NCBI GenBank assembly: GCA_019244185.1
Contig: JAFATB010000010.1
Location: forward strand, 32,001 to 96,000
Source: Acidobacteriota bacterium
GTDB lineage: Bacteria > Acidobacteriota > Thermoanaerobaculia > Gp7-AA8
Length of the DNA: 64,000 nt
Reading direction: 5' to 3'
The notes under the pieces were generated by a model. The model searched no databases. It was not told the DNA's origin and was given only the letters and a program-made list of their open reading frames with translations. A program made the position numbers and the translations under genes. Every line of letters begins with the position of its first letter. Position 1 is the first letter of the stretch. Shown one piece after another: positions 10,141 to 19,691 of the stretch.

Positions 10141-10705
10141 TGGAAAGTTCTCCGATCCACCAGGGTGCGAGATGCCGCCGGAGCAGCTCTCTCGCGCGTG
10201 AGATGCGCGACTTCACGGTGCCGATGCGCAGGTCGAGCGCGCGCGCGATCGCCTCGTACGACCATTCCTCGATCTCGAACAGCACGAGCGGCGCACGGTA
10301 CTTGAGCGGAAGCTGCTCGAGCGCCGCGGTCACCTGCCGCTGGATCTCGGACGTGACGAGCGAAGCGTCGGGCGCGGGACTCTGTTGCGCCGTGCTCGCG
10401 TGCAGCCGCGGCAGGAGCAGGCTCCACCGCCGCTCGCGCCGCACCTCGGTGACGACGAGGTTCGTGGCGATGCGGAAGAGGTACGGCCCGAGCCGTTCCT
10501 GCTCGCGATAGTTGGCCGCGTTCCGATACAGCCGCACGAACGCGTCCTGCGCGATCTCCTCGGCGCGCTCCCGGGAGCGGACGAGGTGCGTCAGGTAGTT
10601 GACGAGCGAATGTTTGTAACGGGCGACGATCTCCGTGAAGGCGTCGTCGTCACCTTCCCGGACCCGCTGCATCAAGGCGTCGTCAGTCGCGGCGTGCATT
10701 CGCAT
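10067..10705 (-). CDS. ECF RNA polymerase sigma factor
   Basis: Region 2 AEEIAQDAFVRLY...YLFRIATN; region 4 LEQLPLKYRAPLVL..SYEAIARALDLRIGTVKSRISRAR. Confidence 0.93.
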   Translation of the reverse strand: MRMHAATDDALMQRVREGDDDAFTEIVARYKHSLVNYLTHLVRSRERAEEIAQDAFVRLYRNAANYREQERLGPYLFRIATNLVVTEVRRERRWSLLLPRLHASTAQQSPAPDASLVTSEIQRQVTAALEQLPLKYRAPLVLFEIEEWSYEAIARALDLRIGTVKSRISRARELLRRHLAPWWIGELSNERHSTRRFAAGPSAHERVAGVRL

Positions 10706-10710
10706 AGAGG

Positions 10711-10735
10711 AACGCGCGGACGCCGAAAAGGTTCC
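10711..10735 (-). promoter_or_regulatory. ECF-type autoregulatory promoter
   Basis: Minus strand GGAAC-N16-CGTT, 5 nt before the sigma ATG at 10705. Confidence 0.65.
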
Positions 10736-10738
10736 GGG

Positions 10739-13700
10739 CTACTTGCGCGAGTCCTCGAGCTGTTTGATGCGGGAGACGATGTCGCGGTAGTTGGAGTTCA
10801 TCCCGTAGACCTCGAGGAACGCCTTCTGCGCGTTGTCGGTGTCGCCGACTTCCTGGTACGCGGCGCCGAGGTCGTAGAGCAGGCCGATGTGCTCCTCCTC
10901 GGTGATCTCCGCCATCTCCAGACCCTTGCGATACCACTTGATCGCGAGCTGCGGCATGCCCTTCTCGAGGAAGCAGAGGCCGAGCATCGACGCGCACTCG
11001 ACGGCGCGTTTCGGATCCTTCGACGCCAGCTGGAACTCGCCGATGGCCTCGTCGATGAGGCCCATCTCCTTGTAGGCGATGCCGAGGTTGTAGTGCGTGT
11101 CGTAGTCCTCGGAATCGAGCTGCTGTTCGACGCCCTTCTTGAACTCCTTGAAGATCTCTTCGAGCGACTGCTCTTCCTCGGAGAGCGAGATCTGCTCGTC
11201 GTCTTCGGCGAGCTCCGACTCGAGCTCCGCGGCGAGATCGAAGAAGTTGTCCTCGTCGGCGAAGAGGTTCTCCTCCTGCACGAGCGCCGCGGAGAAATCG
11301 GGCGCGGGTGCCACGGCAGGCGCGGGCTCAGCGATCGCGGCCGGCGTGAACGCGTCCTCTTCCTCGTCGTCCGGAATCGCGGAGAGGAGCTCGCTCTCGA
11401 TCTCGTCGCGCGAGAGCGCGGCGGGACGCGACGTGCTTTCGGGCGCGGGCGCTGGCGGCGCGGCAACGGCGGTGGCCGCGGCGGCGCTGTCGATGCGTGC
11501 GCGGCGCGACTCGAGGTCCGGATGATTCGGGAACTGCGCGGAGAGCGTTTCGAGCTTGCGCCGCGCCTCGTCGAACAGCTCCTGCTCGATGTAGAAGTCG
11601 ATCTCGCCGATGTCTTCGATGGCCGGCTGATCGAGATCCTGCGTCAGCGACTCGACGCCGAAGAACGGCTCGTCCGCCGTGAGCGGCTCGCCGAGCGGAA
11701 TCTCCTCGTCGAAGCCGGGCAGCGGCTCGTCGGCCATCGCGACCGGCTCGGGCTCGGGCTCCGGTTCGGCGATCGGTTCCGGCGCTAGCTCCGGCTCCGG
11801 CGCGAATTCGGGCTCTGCCTCAAATGAGGGTTCCGGTTCGAATGCGGGTTCGGGCTCCGCGCCGGGACGCGAGAGCAGCGTCTCGAACTCGACGTCTGCC
11901 GGAACGTCCGCGGGAGCGTCGACAGGTGCGTCAAAGGAAAGCGGCGCGTCCGTGAACTCGATCGTCTCCTCGACGTCCGGCAGTTCCGTCGGCGCGTCGG
12001 CGACGGCGGGACCTTCGAGGTCGAGCTCGATTTCCGGCGGCGCATCGAGGTCGAACGTCAGCTCGTCGTTCGTCTGCGCGAAGTCGTCGAGCGAGAACTC
12101 CGAAGGTGCCGGTGCGGGCGGCGGCGCGGGTGCCGGCGCCGCGGGAGGCGCGGCGGGCAGCGGACGCTCCATCGTCGGCGTGCGCGGCGCGGGCGCGGCG
12201 GCGCGGCGCGGCTCGAACGTCTGGCCGCGCATGAGGAACTCGTTGCGCACGGCCTCGATCGTGTCGCGCGCGTTCGTCTCCTCGAGCAGGTTCACGTACG
12301 CCTGCGCGGCGGTGCGCGCGCCCTCGGCGTCGCCTTCCTCGAGCAGGATGCGGAACAGCCGCTCGTGCGCGGTCATGTTGCGCGGCGAGCGTTCGAGCAC
12401 CGCGCGCAGATGCTCGGCCGCTTTCTCGGCGAGGCCGTACTTCGCGAAGACTTCCGCCTCGGTGAGATGCTCGGTGATGAAGTCGAGATCTTCGTTGTCG
12501 GAGAGATCGGCCGCCGCGAGATCGACCGCGGACATCAGCCGCTGCGGCGGTGGCGGCGGCGCGACTTGCGCCAGTTCCGGCGACAGATCGAGCTCGAGCG
12601 GCGCGGAGGCGTCGAGGTCGAGCGAGATCGAGTCGTCGACTTCTTCCGCGATGTCGAACGACGGCGCGGGCTCGTCGATCTCCATCGGCGGCAGCGAGAC
12701 TTCCGGTGCGCGCGGCGAGCGCGGAATCGTTTCGTTGCCGCCCATCTGCGAGCGGACGAACTGGAGCTTCGTGCGGTGCTGCGCGTTCTGCGGCTCGCGC
12801 TGGATCAGCTTCTCGAGCACCTTCGACGCGTCGTCGTACCGCCCGCGCGCGATGTGCGCCTCGGCGAGGCTGTTCATCGACGCGAGGATGTTCGTCTCTT
12901 CGTTGAGCCGCACGTACAGCGCGACGAGGCGTTCGAGCGTGGCCGTGTTGCCGGAGTCGACGCGCAGGATGCGGTTCAGCATCTCGATCGCCGCGCCGCG
13001 TTCGCCGCGCGCGAGCGCCTTTTCCGCGAGCGGCGCGATCATCTCCAGCGCGCGGTCGGCGTCGTTCTGCTTGAGATACAGCTCGCCGAGGGCTTCGCGC
13101 ACCGCCGGATCGTTCGCGTCGGCGGAGAGCGCGCGTTCGAGCGTCGCGCGCGCGGCGCTGCTGTCGCCTTTGCCGAGCTGGATGCGGCCGAGGGTCGCGA
13201 GGAGGCGCGGGTGGTTGGCGTTCGCTTCGAGCGCGGCCTCGACGATCTGCCGCGCGTTGTCGTAATCCTTCGCCTCGAGCAGCGCCGTGACGAGCGAGTC
13301 GACGAGATCGGTGTTCTTCGCGTCGATCTTCAGCGCCTTGCGGAAGACCTGCACCGCCTCGTCGAGCATGCCGCGCTTGAGCAGCATCCGGCCGACGCGG
13401 TCGTACTCCTTGAGCGCCTCGGCGGTCTGATTGTTTTGCGAGTAGAGGTCGGCGAGCTTGACGTGAACGTTGATCGAGTTCGGGTCGAGCTCCGAGATCT
13501 TGCGGTAGATCGCCAGCGCGTTCGACGGGTCGCCGTGCTTGAGGTAGTAGTCGGCGAGAACCTGGTACTGGCTCTTCGCCTCCATCGCCAGTCCCTGCTT
13601 CGCGTACAGGTCGGCGAGTCGCGCGTAGATGTCGAGCTTCGAGGGATCGAGCTTGTTGATCTTCTTGTAGATCGCGATCGCTTTGAGGAAGAAGCCGTCC

Positions 13701-13912
13701 TTCGAGTAATGCTCCGCGATCTTCGAGAAGACCTTGACCGCCTCGTCGTTGCGGTTGATGCGCACCCAGAGATCGCCGATGCGATTCAGGGTATTGACGT
13801 CATTGGGATTGTCTTCGAGGAGGCGCTCGTACTCCTTGATCGCGGGCTCGATCTTTCCCTTCGCGACGAGCTTCTCCGCACTCGCGATGACTTTGTCGCG
13901 CTGGACCGCCAT
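10739..13912 (-). CDS. Large TPR protein resembling Myxococcus SgmX (type IV pilus activator)
   Basis: N-terminal TPR array (..YSKDGFFLKAIAIYKK..), central EAEVFAKYGL repeat, long acidic/Pro linker, C-terminal TPR DYDTHYNLGIAYKEMGL; 1057 aa. Family assignment from recalled architecture. Confidence 0.75.
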   Translation of the reverse strand: MAVQRDKVIASAEKLVAKGKIEPAIKEYERLLEDNPNDVNTLNRIGDLWVRINRNDEAVKVFSKIAEHYSKDGFFLKAIAIYKKINKLDPSKLDIYARLADLYAKQGLAMEAKSQYQVLADYYLKHGDPSNALAIYRKISELDPNSINVHVKLADLYSQNNQTAEALKEYDRVGRMLLKRGMLDEAVQVFRKALKIDAKNTDLVDSLVTALLEAKDYDNARQIVEAALEANANHPRLLATLGRIQLGKGDSSAARATLERALSADANDPAVREALGELYLKQNDADRALEMIAPLAEKALARGERGAAIEMLNRILRVDSGNTATLERLVALYVRLNEETNILASMNSLAEAHIARGRYDDASKVLEKLIQREPQNAQHRTKLQFVRSQMGGNETIPRSPRAPEVSLPPMEIDEPAPSFDIAEEVDDSISLDLDASAPLELDLSPELAQVAPPPPPQRLMSAVDLAAADLSDNEDLDFITEHLTEAEVFAKYGLAEKAAEHLRAVLERSPRNMTAHERLFRILLEEGDAEGARTAAQAYVNLLEETNARDTIEAVRNEFLMRGQTFEPRRAAAPAPRTPTMERPLPAAPPAAPAPAPPPAPAPSEFSLDDFAQTNDELTFDLDAPPEIELDLEGPAVADAPTELPDVEETIEFTDAPLSFDAPVDAPADVPADVEFETLLSRPGAEPEPAFEPEPSFEAEPEFAPEPELAPEPIAEPEPEPEPVAMADEPLPGFDEEIPLGEPLTADEPFFGVESLTQDLDQPAIEDIGEIDFYIEQELFDEARRKLETLSAQFPNHPDLESRRARIDSAAAATAVAAPPAPAPESTSRPAALSRDEIESELLSAIPDDEEEDAFTPAAIAEPAPAVAPAPDFSAALVQEENLFADEDNFFDLAAELESELAEDDEQISLSEEEQSLEEIFKEFKKGVEQQLDSEDYDTHYNLGIAYKEMGLIDEAIGEFQLASKDPKRAVECASMLGLCFLEKGMPQLAIKWYRKGLEMAEITEEEHIGLLYDLGAAYQEVGDTDNAQKAFLEVYGMNSNYRDIVSRIKQLEDSRK

Positions 13913-14008
13913 CTTCCCTGGTTTCGGCTCCTAAACCCGATCCCACCCGTCCAAGGGGGTGGCCGCCCATGATACGACTCCATCAGGGAAACGCGATAGA
14001 GGAGGTCG

Positions 14009-15970
14009 TCAGCGCACGTCGGCGGTCGAGCCCTCCACCTTCGTCCACGGTTCGGCGCGTCCGCCCGCGTAGCGCGCGAGGAACTCTTCGACGCGTCCGT
14101 ACATGTCCATCTGGTTCTCCGGCCGCGCGAAGCCGTGGCCTTCGTCGGGATAGAGGACGTACGTCACCTCGTGCTTCGCGCCGCGCAGCGCTTGGACAAA
14201 GCGCTCGACGTGCTCGGCGCGCGCGCGGACGTCGTGGCCTCCCGCGGCGACGAACAGCGGCCGCTCGATCTCGCTCACGTGGTACAGCGGCGAGATGGCG
14301 CGGTTGAGCGCGTCGTCGTGCACGAAGTCGCCGATGCGCCGCAGCCAGCGGCTGCGCGCCGCGACCCAATACGGCGGGAACGCCTCGAACGCGGTCCTGA
14401 TGTCGGTCACCGGCACGATGCCGACGCCGCACGCGAAGAACTGCGGCTCGCGCGCCATGGCCGTGAGGATCGCGTTGGCGCCCATCGAGCCGCCGTACGC
14501 GACGAGCCGCTTCGGATCGGCGATGCCCTGCGCCACCGCCCAGCGCGTGCCGTCGAGCACGTCGTCGACCATCCCGCGGCCGAGCTGGCCGTTGCCGGCG
14601 TTGTACGACTCGATGCCGAACCCGGTCGAGCCGCGGAAGTTCACGCGCAGCACGGCGTACCCGCGATTGGCGAGGAACGCCGATTCGAGGTCGAGCGGGA
14701 AGTCGCGGATCCACGGGCCGCCGTGCACGAGCACGATGAACGGATACGGACCGCTCGACGTGCCGCCCGGAGTGGTCAAGTAGCTGACCAGTTCGCGCCC
14801 GTCGCGCGCGCGGATCAGCACCGGCTTCACCACCGGCAGCGTGTAGCCCTTCAGCGCCTCCCCTTCATCGAAGAGCATCGTCAGGCGCTTCGCGGCGCGG
14901 TGGTACGTGTAATAGACGTTCGGCGCGTTCGCGGTTTCGGCCGCGACGATCCACCGTCCGTCGTCGGCGCTGCGGCTGATGATGTTCGCCCAGCGCCCGG
15001 TCTTCTGTTCGATGGACGTGATGTCGTTTTTGAAGCGCGTGTCGAGGAAGCGCCACTCCGGGACCATGTAGACGAAGCGCACGCCCTGCAGCGCGCCGGT
15101 GCGGGGATCGACCGAGACGTTCGGCGTCGTGTCGCCGGCGTCGGCCTTCGGATGTTCGGCCATGACCTCGAGCGTCGCGCCGGTCTTTGCATCGATGCGC
15201 TCGATGCGCGCGGTGTCGGAGTGCAGCGCCGACGCGACGTAGAGGCTCTTGCCGTCCGGCGCGAAGCCGCCGATCACCGAGCCGTTCGCGATCTGGCCCA
15301 TGAACGTCGAGCGCTCGAACGGCATCACCACGAGGTCGCGCCACGGCGCGCTCGCGCTGTCGCGTACGCGCACGATCGTGCGGCCGTTCGCGTCGAATGC
15401 CGTCGCGCCGCGCACGACGAAGTTCGTGTCGATGGCCCACGAGTTCACGTCGCCGGGATTCGTCGCCTCGAGCGTGATCGCGCCGGTGCGGAGGTCGACG
15501 CGGTGCACGTCGAAGACGCGGCGGTCGCGCAGGTTGAGCTCGACGAGCAGATCGTTGGGATGGCGCGGGTCGACGAAGTAGTGCTGCGCGCGAATCCCTC
15601 GGAACGGCGTGAGGTCGCGCACGATGCCCGACTCGAGATCGGCCGAGAAGATGTGGGCGTTCTCGTCGCCGTCGTCGCCATCGAAGAGCAGGTGCGTGTT
15701 GTCGCCCGCCCATTGATAGTCGAAGATCGGCCGCGACTCGTGCGTGACGACCTTCGCCTCGCCGCCTTCGGCCGGCTGCACCCAGATGTTGCCGACGCCG
15801 TGCTCGTCCGGCGCGACGTACGCGAGGCGCTTGCCGTCGGGCGAAAGCTGCGGCCAGGCCTTCACCGGCGGCGCGAAGAGCGCCTTGCGCGGAATCAGCG
15901 GCGGCAGTTCGGCGCGGAGCGGGAGAACGGCGGCGACGAAGAGGAGCGAGAGCAGCACGCGGCGTCTCAT
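14009..15970 (-). CDS. Secreted S9 family (prolyl oligopeptidase-like) peptidase
   Basis: Signal peptide MRRRVLLSLLFVAAVLPLRA; propeller LSPDGK; VHGGPW, NFRGSTGFG, GGSMG (Ser), HDVR (Asp), YPDEGHGF (His). Confidence 0.92.
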   Translation of the reverse strand: MRRRVLLSLLFVAAVLPLRAELPPLIPRKALFAPPVKAWPQLSPDGKRLAYVAPDEHGVGNIWVQPAEGGEAKVVTHESRPIFDYQWAGDNTHLLFDGDDGDENAHIFSADLESGIVRDLTPFRGIRAQHYFVDPRHPNDLLVELNLRDRRVFDVHRVDLRTGAITLEATNPGDVNSWAIDTNFVVRGATAFDANGRTIVRVRDSASAPWRDLVVMPFERSTFMGQIANGSVIGGFAPDGKSLYVASALHSDTARIERIDAKTGATLEVMAEHPKADAGDTTPNVSVDPRTGALQGVRFVYMVPEWRFLDTRFKNDITSIEQKTGRWANIISRSADDGRWIVAAETANAPNVYYTYHRAAKRLTMLFDEGEALKGYTLPVVKPVLIRARDGRELVSYLTTPGGTSSGPYPFIVLVHGGPWIRDFPLDLESAFLANRGYAVLRVNFRGSTGFGIESYNAGNGQLGRGMVDDVLDGTRWAVAQGIADPKRLVAYGGSMGANAILTAMAREPQFFACGVGIVPVTDIRTAFEAFPPYWVAARSRWLRRIGDFVHDDALNRAISPLYHVSEIERPLFVAAGGHDVRARAEHVERFVQALRGAKHEVTYVLYPDEGHGFARPENQMDMYGRVEEFLARYAGGRAEPWTKVEGSTADVR

Positions 15971-16040
15971 GACGGCAGAATAGCGGCGACGGAGATATAC
16001 CTCCAATTCATTAAACCTATACTGATCATTCACGGGATCA

Positions 16041-16952
16041 ATGAAGCTCGAAGCGATCGATCTGAACCTGCTGATGGTGTTCGAGGCCATGGTGGCCGAG
16101 GAGCACGTCACGCGCGCGGCGGCGCGGATCGGGCTCACGCAGCCGGCGATGAGCAGCGCATTGGCGCGGCTGCGGCGGATCGTCGGCGATCCGCTGTTCG
16201 AGCGCGTGAACGGTCGCATGCAGCCGACGCGTCGCGCGCGCGAGCTGGCGGGACCGATCGGCGATGCGCTGGCGCGGCTGCGCGTCGCGCTCGAAGCGCA
16301 GCCGTTCCGCCCCGAGGAGTCGGCGCGCGAGTTCCGCATCGTGGGGACGGACTACGTCGAGCTGGTGCTGCTGCCGCGATTGCTCGGGGAGCTCGCGCGC
16401 ATCGCGCCGCGCGTCACGGTGCGCTCGATCGCCGCGGACGCGCTCTTCGAACCGCCGACCGCGCTGCTGCGCTCCGGCGCCGCCGATCTGGCGATCGGTT
16501 TCTATGGTCCGGTGAGTCCGCGCGATCTCGTGATGCACAAACTGTTCGACGAGCGCTGGGTCTGCGTCGCGCGGAAGGCGCAGCGGATGCCGCGCGGCAG
16601 GCTCGATCTGCGGACGTTCCTCGCGACGCCGCACGTGCGCATGTTCTACGCGGCGACGTCGGAAGGCGCGGGGATGACGGACAAGGTGCTGCACGCGCGC
16701 GGCCTGCAGCGCCGCACCGGCGCGACGGTCGCGCACATGGCCGCCGTGCCGCGCGCGGTGGCGGCGACGGGATTTCTCAGCGTCATCGCCGAACGTTTCG
16801 CGCGCGCGGAAGCCGCGCGGCACCGGCTGGCGATCTACACGCCGCCGATCGTGTTGCCGAACACGCCGTGCATGCTGCTGTGGCACGAGCGCGCGCAGTT
16901 CGACGCGCCGCTGCTGTGGCTGCGCGACACGATCGTGCGGGTTTGCGGGTGA
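16041..16952 (+). CDS. LysR family transcriptional regulator
   Basis: IDLNLLMVFEAM..HVTRAAARIGLTQPAMSSALARLR..DPLFER; divergent from the S9 peptidase across an AT-rich spacer. Confidence 0.95.
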   Translation: MKLEAIDLNLLMVFEAMVAEEHVTRAAARIGLTQPAMSSALARLRRIVGDPLFERVNGRMQPTRRARELAGPIGDALARLRVALEAQPFRPEESAREFRIVGTDYVELVLLPRLLGELARIAPRVTVRSIAADALFEPPTALLRSGAADLAIGFYGPVSPRDLVMHKLFDERWVCVARKAQRMPRGRLDLRTFLATPHVRMFYAATSEGAGMTDKVLHARGLQRRTGATVAHMAAVPRAVAATGFLSVIAERFARAEAARHRLAIYTPPIVLPNTPCMLLWHERAQFDAPLLWLRDTIVRVCG

Positions 16953-16956
16953 CGCG

Positions 16957-17712
16957 TCAGAACAGCTTGCGCGGCTCGTCCACACCGACGAACGAATGCC
17001 GGTGGATCGGGCTCGGGCCGTACACGCGCAGCGCCGCCTGATGCTCTTCCGTCGCGTAGCCGCGGTGGTGGCCGAAGCCGTAGACGGGGTAGCACTCGTG
17101 GTACGCGTCCATCAGCGAGTCGCGGTAGACCTTCGCCACGATCGACGCGGCGGCGATGGAGATGCAGCGGCGGTCGCCGGCGATGAGCGGGATCTGCGGC
17201 ATCTCCAGCGTCTCGAGCGTGACGGCGTCGAGGAGGAGCACGTCGGGACGGATCGAGAGATCGTCGACGCACTGCAGCATCGCGTGCTTGCTGGCGCGGA
17301 GGATGTTGATGCGGTCGATGGTCGAGGCCTCGACGATGCCGATGGAGACGGCGCGCGCGCGGCGGAGGATCAGCCGGCAGACCGAGAGCCGGTCGTCGTG
17401 ATCGACGAGCTTCGAGTCGTTGACGCCGAAGAGCGTCGGATCGTCCTCGAGGATGACGCACGCGGCCACGACCGGACCGGCCAGGCAGCCGCGTCCGACT
17501 TCGTCGGTTCCGGCGATGCAGCGAAAACCAAAATCGCGGAGCCGGCGCTCGACCGCTGAGAGTTCAGCGACGCGCGCGAGCTCCGCGAACAGGGATTCGT
17601 GAAGTCGCTCGGCGGGCGGGCGCTTACGACTTCGCGCGCCGCTCTTCGATGCGCGCGGCTTTGCCGCGGAGGTCACGGAGGTAGTAGAGCTTCGCACGAC
17701 GGACCCGGCCAT
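16957..17712 (-). CDS. rnhB: Ribonuclease HII
   Basis: [53 protein letters not shown]. Start uncertain: ATG 17712 lies inside rplS behind GAGGTGG; a later CTG is possible. Confidence 0.9.
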   Translation of the reverse strand: MAGSVVRSSTTSVTSAAKPRASKSGARSRKRPPAERLHESLFAELARVAELSAVERRLRDFGFRCIAGTDEVGRGCLAGPVVAACVILEDDPTLFGVNDSKLVDHDDRLSVCRLILRRARAVSIGIVEASTIDRINILRASKHAMLQCVDDLSIRPDVLLLDAVTLETLEMPQIPLIAGDRRCISIAAASIVAKVYRDSLMDAYHECYPVYGFGHHRGYATEEHQAALRVYGPSPIHRHSFVGVDEPRKLF

Positions 17713-17980
17713 GGCGTTCCACCTCGATGCGATCGATCGTCGGCGAATACAGCGGGAACATGCGCTCGACTCCGATGCCGCCGGAGATCTTCCGCACCGT
17801 GAACATCTGGCGCGTGCCGCCGCCCTTGCGGGAGATGACGACACCCTGGAAGATCTGAATGCGCTCTTTGTCGCCTTCTTTGACTTTGACGTGGACCTTG
17901 ATCGTGTCGCCCGGGTCGAACGCCGGAATGTCCGTGCGCTTGATCTCCGCCGACTCGACGAGTTTCATGATCTCTGGCAT
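17624..17980 (-). CDS. rplS: 50S ribosomal protein L19
   Basis: [52 protein letters not shown]; RBS GGAG. Confidence 0.97.
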   Translation of the reverse strand: MPEIMKLVESAEIKRTDIPAFDPGDTIKVHVKVKEGDKERIQIFQGVVISRKGGGTRQMFTVRKISGGIGVERMFPLYSPTIDRIEVERHGRVRRAKLYYLRDLRGKAARIEERRAKS

Positions 17981-18055
17981 GACTAAAGACTCCAGTAAGT
18001 TTGAAAAAGCGCGCAAGTATACCGTTGCGCCGCGCGTTCTTCCAGTTGGCGGCGG

Positions 18056-18820
18056 CTAGAACTTGCCGAGGCGGCGGAGAATTTCCCGCGCCTCGTCATC
18101 GAGTTCCGCGGCGTCGACCAGATCGGGCCGCTTCTCGAGCGTGGCCCGCAACGCCTGCTCCCGCCGCCACTTGCGGATCTTCTCGTGATGGCCGGAGAGG
18201 AGGATGTCCGGAATGCGCATCCCGCGCACCTCTTCCGGCCGCGTGTAATGCGGATAGTCGAGGAGGCCGCGAAAGAACGAATCCTCTTCGACCGAGCCGG
18301 CGTTGCCGACGACGCCTTCGACGAGCCGCCCCATCGCATCGGCCATGAGCATCGCCGGCAGCTCGCCGCCGGAGACGACGAAGTCGCCGACGGAGATCTC
18401 GTCCGGCTGCAGCGCCTCGTGCACGCGATGATCGAAGCCTTCGTAGCGGCCGCAGAGGAAGACGACGTGCTCGCGGTCGCGCAGCTCGCGCGCGACGCTC
18501 TGATCGAAGCGGCGTCCCTGCGGTGAGGTCATGACGACATGTGGCGTCGTTTGACCGGCGTCGCCATGCGCCGCCGCAGGAGCAATCGCCTCGACGCAGC
18601 GCAGCACCGGCTCGGCGAGCATGACCATGCCCGGGCCGCCGCCGTACGCTTCGTCGTCCGTCGAGCGGTGGCGATCGGTCGTGTAGTCGCGCAGATCGTG
18701 GACGCGAATGTCGAGCAGGCCCTGCTTCATGCCGCGCGCGATGACGCCTTCGCCGAGGAGCGGATCGAACATCCGCGGGAAGATGGTGACGAAGTCAATC
18801 CGCAACGGCATCGAGGTCAT
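18056..18820 (-). CDS. trmD: tRNA (guanine37-N1)-methyltransferase
   Basis: VTIFP, DDEAYGGGPGMV, SPQG, CGRYEG, GDFVVSGGE, LDYPHYTRP, LLSGHH; start may be 18811. Confidence 0.96.
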   Translation of the reverse strand: MTSMPLRIDFVTIFPRMFDPLLGEGVIARGMKQGLLDIRVHDLRDYTTDRHRSTDDEAYGGGPGMVMLAEPVLRCVEAIAPAAAHGDAGQTTPHVVMTSPQGRRFDQSVARELRDREHVVFLCGRYEGFDHRVHEALQPDEISVGDFVVSGGELPAMLMADAMGRLVEGVVGNAGSVEEDSFFRGLLDYPHYTRPEEVRGMRIPDILLSGHHEKIRKWRREQALRATLEKRPDLVDAAELDDEAREILRRLGKF

Positions 18821-19328
18821 CCAGCCCTTCCGGCAACTGCACGACCATCTTCTTCGCCGCGAGATCGATCTCGGTGCAGAGCTCGGCGGCGAAGGGCAGC
18901 TCGAAGGTCTTGCCGTCGGCGCGCTCGACGTTCAGCAGCAGTCCGCCGCCGCCTTCGTAGAGATCGACGACGACGCCGCGCGTCTTGCCCGCGGCGTCGA
19001 CGAGCGTGAGGCCGACGAGGTCGTGGAGAAAGTACTCGTCCGCGTCGAGCGTGCGCGCGTCCGCTTCCGGAATCTCGAGCGTCCAGTTGTGCAGGAGCTG
19101 CACGGCTTCCGGCGAGTCGATGCCGGCGAACTTGACGAGCGCGCGCTCGCCATGCGCGCGGACGCTCTCGATCGCGACCTCGCGCGTCTCGCGTTCATCG
19201 GGCGAGACGAGCGTGACGGAGACGAGCTCGTCGAAGCGGTCGGGCGCGTCGGTCCACGGCTCGATGCTCGCTTCGCCGCGCACGCCGTGCGCTTTGCGGA
19301 TCACGCCGATGGCGATGCGGTCGGACAT
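18795..19328 (-). CDS. rimM: Ribosome maturation factor RimM
   Basis: IGVIRKAHGVRGE, EYFLHDLVGL, PRC barrel; conserved operon position. Confidence 0.94.
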   Translation of the reverse strand: MSDRIAIGVIRKAHGVRGEASIEPWTDAPDRFDELVSVTLVSPDERETREVAIESVRAHGERALVKFAGIDSPEAVQLLHNWTLEIPEADARTLDADEYFLHDLVGLTLVDAAGKTRGVVVDLYEGGGGLLLNVERADGKTFELPFAAELCTEIDLAAKKMVVQLPEGLDDLDAVAD

Positions 19329-19341
19329 GGAGGCGGTCAAA

Positions 19342-19442
19342 AGCTGAATGAAGAATGCAGAACGCAGAATGAAGAATTCAGAAAGAGAACGGTGCGCCTT
19401 TTCTCAATTCTTCATTCTGCGTTCTGCGTTCTTCATTCAGCT
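19342..19442. repeat. Heptamer-built palindromic element, copy A (intergenic khpA-rimM)
   Basis: 43-bp inverted arms 19342-19384 and 19400-19442 (41/43 complementary), made of units GAATGAA/GAATGCA/GAACGCA. Confidence 0.9.
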
Positions 19443-19444
19443 CT

Positions 19445-19675
19445 TCAGTCCAGAATATCCAGGGTGTAGCGCCGCCGCGACTTCTGTCCGGCGGCGGCGA
19501 GCAGCGTGCGAATCGCGCGCGCGGTGCGGCCCTGGCGGCCGATCACTTTGCCGAGATCGTCGGGCGCGACCTCGAGCTCGAGGACGGTCTGCTGATCGCG
19601 CTCGCGCGTGCGCACGTGCACCTCGTCGGGATGATCGACGAGGGACTTGGCAACGAACTCGACCAGCTCGTCCAT
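19445..19675 (-). CDS. khpA: KH-domain RNA-binding protein KhpA
   Basis: LVEFVAKSLVDHPDEV, DLGKVIGRQGRTARAIRTLL; between rpsP and rimM. Confidence 0.93.
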   Translation of the reverse strand: MDELVEFVAKSLVDHPDEVHVRTRERDQQTVLELEVAPDDLGKVIGRQGRTARAIRTLLAAAGQKSRRRYTLDILD

Positions 19676-19691
19676 GATTGGGTTGGGCCGC

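Noticed and set aside
17979-17989. ATGACTAAAG at the rplS start, similar to the hsp20 repeat arm
   Set aside because: Single imperfect copy explained by the start codon and RBS spacer.
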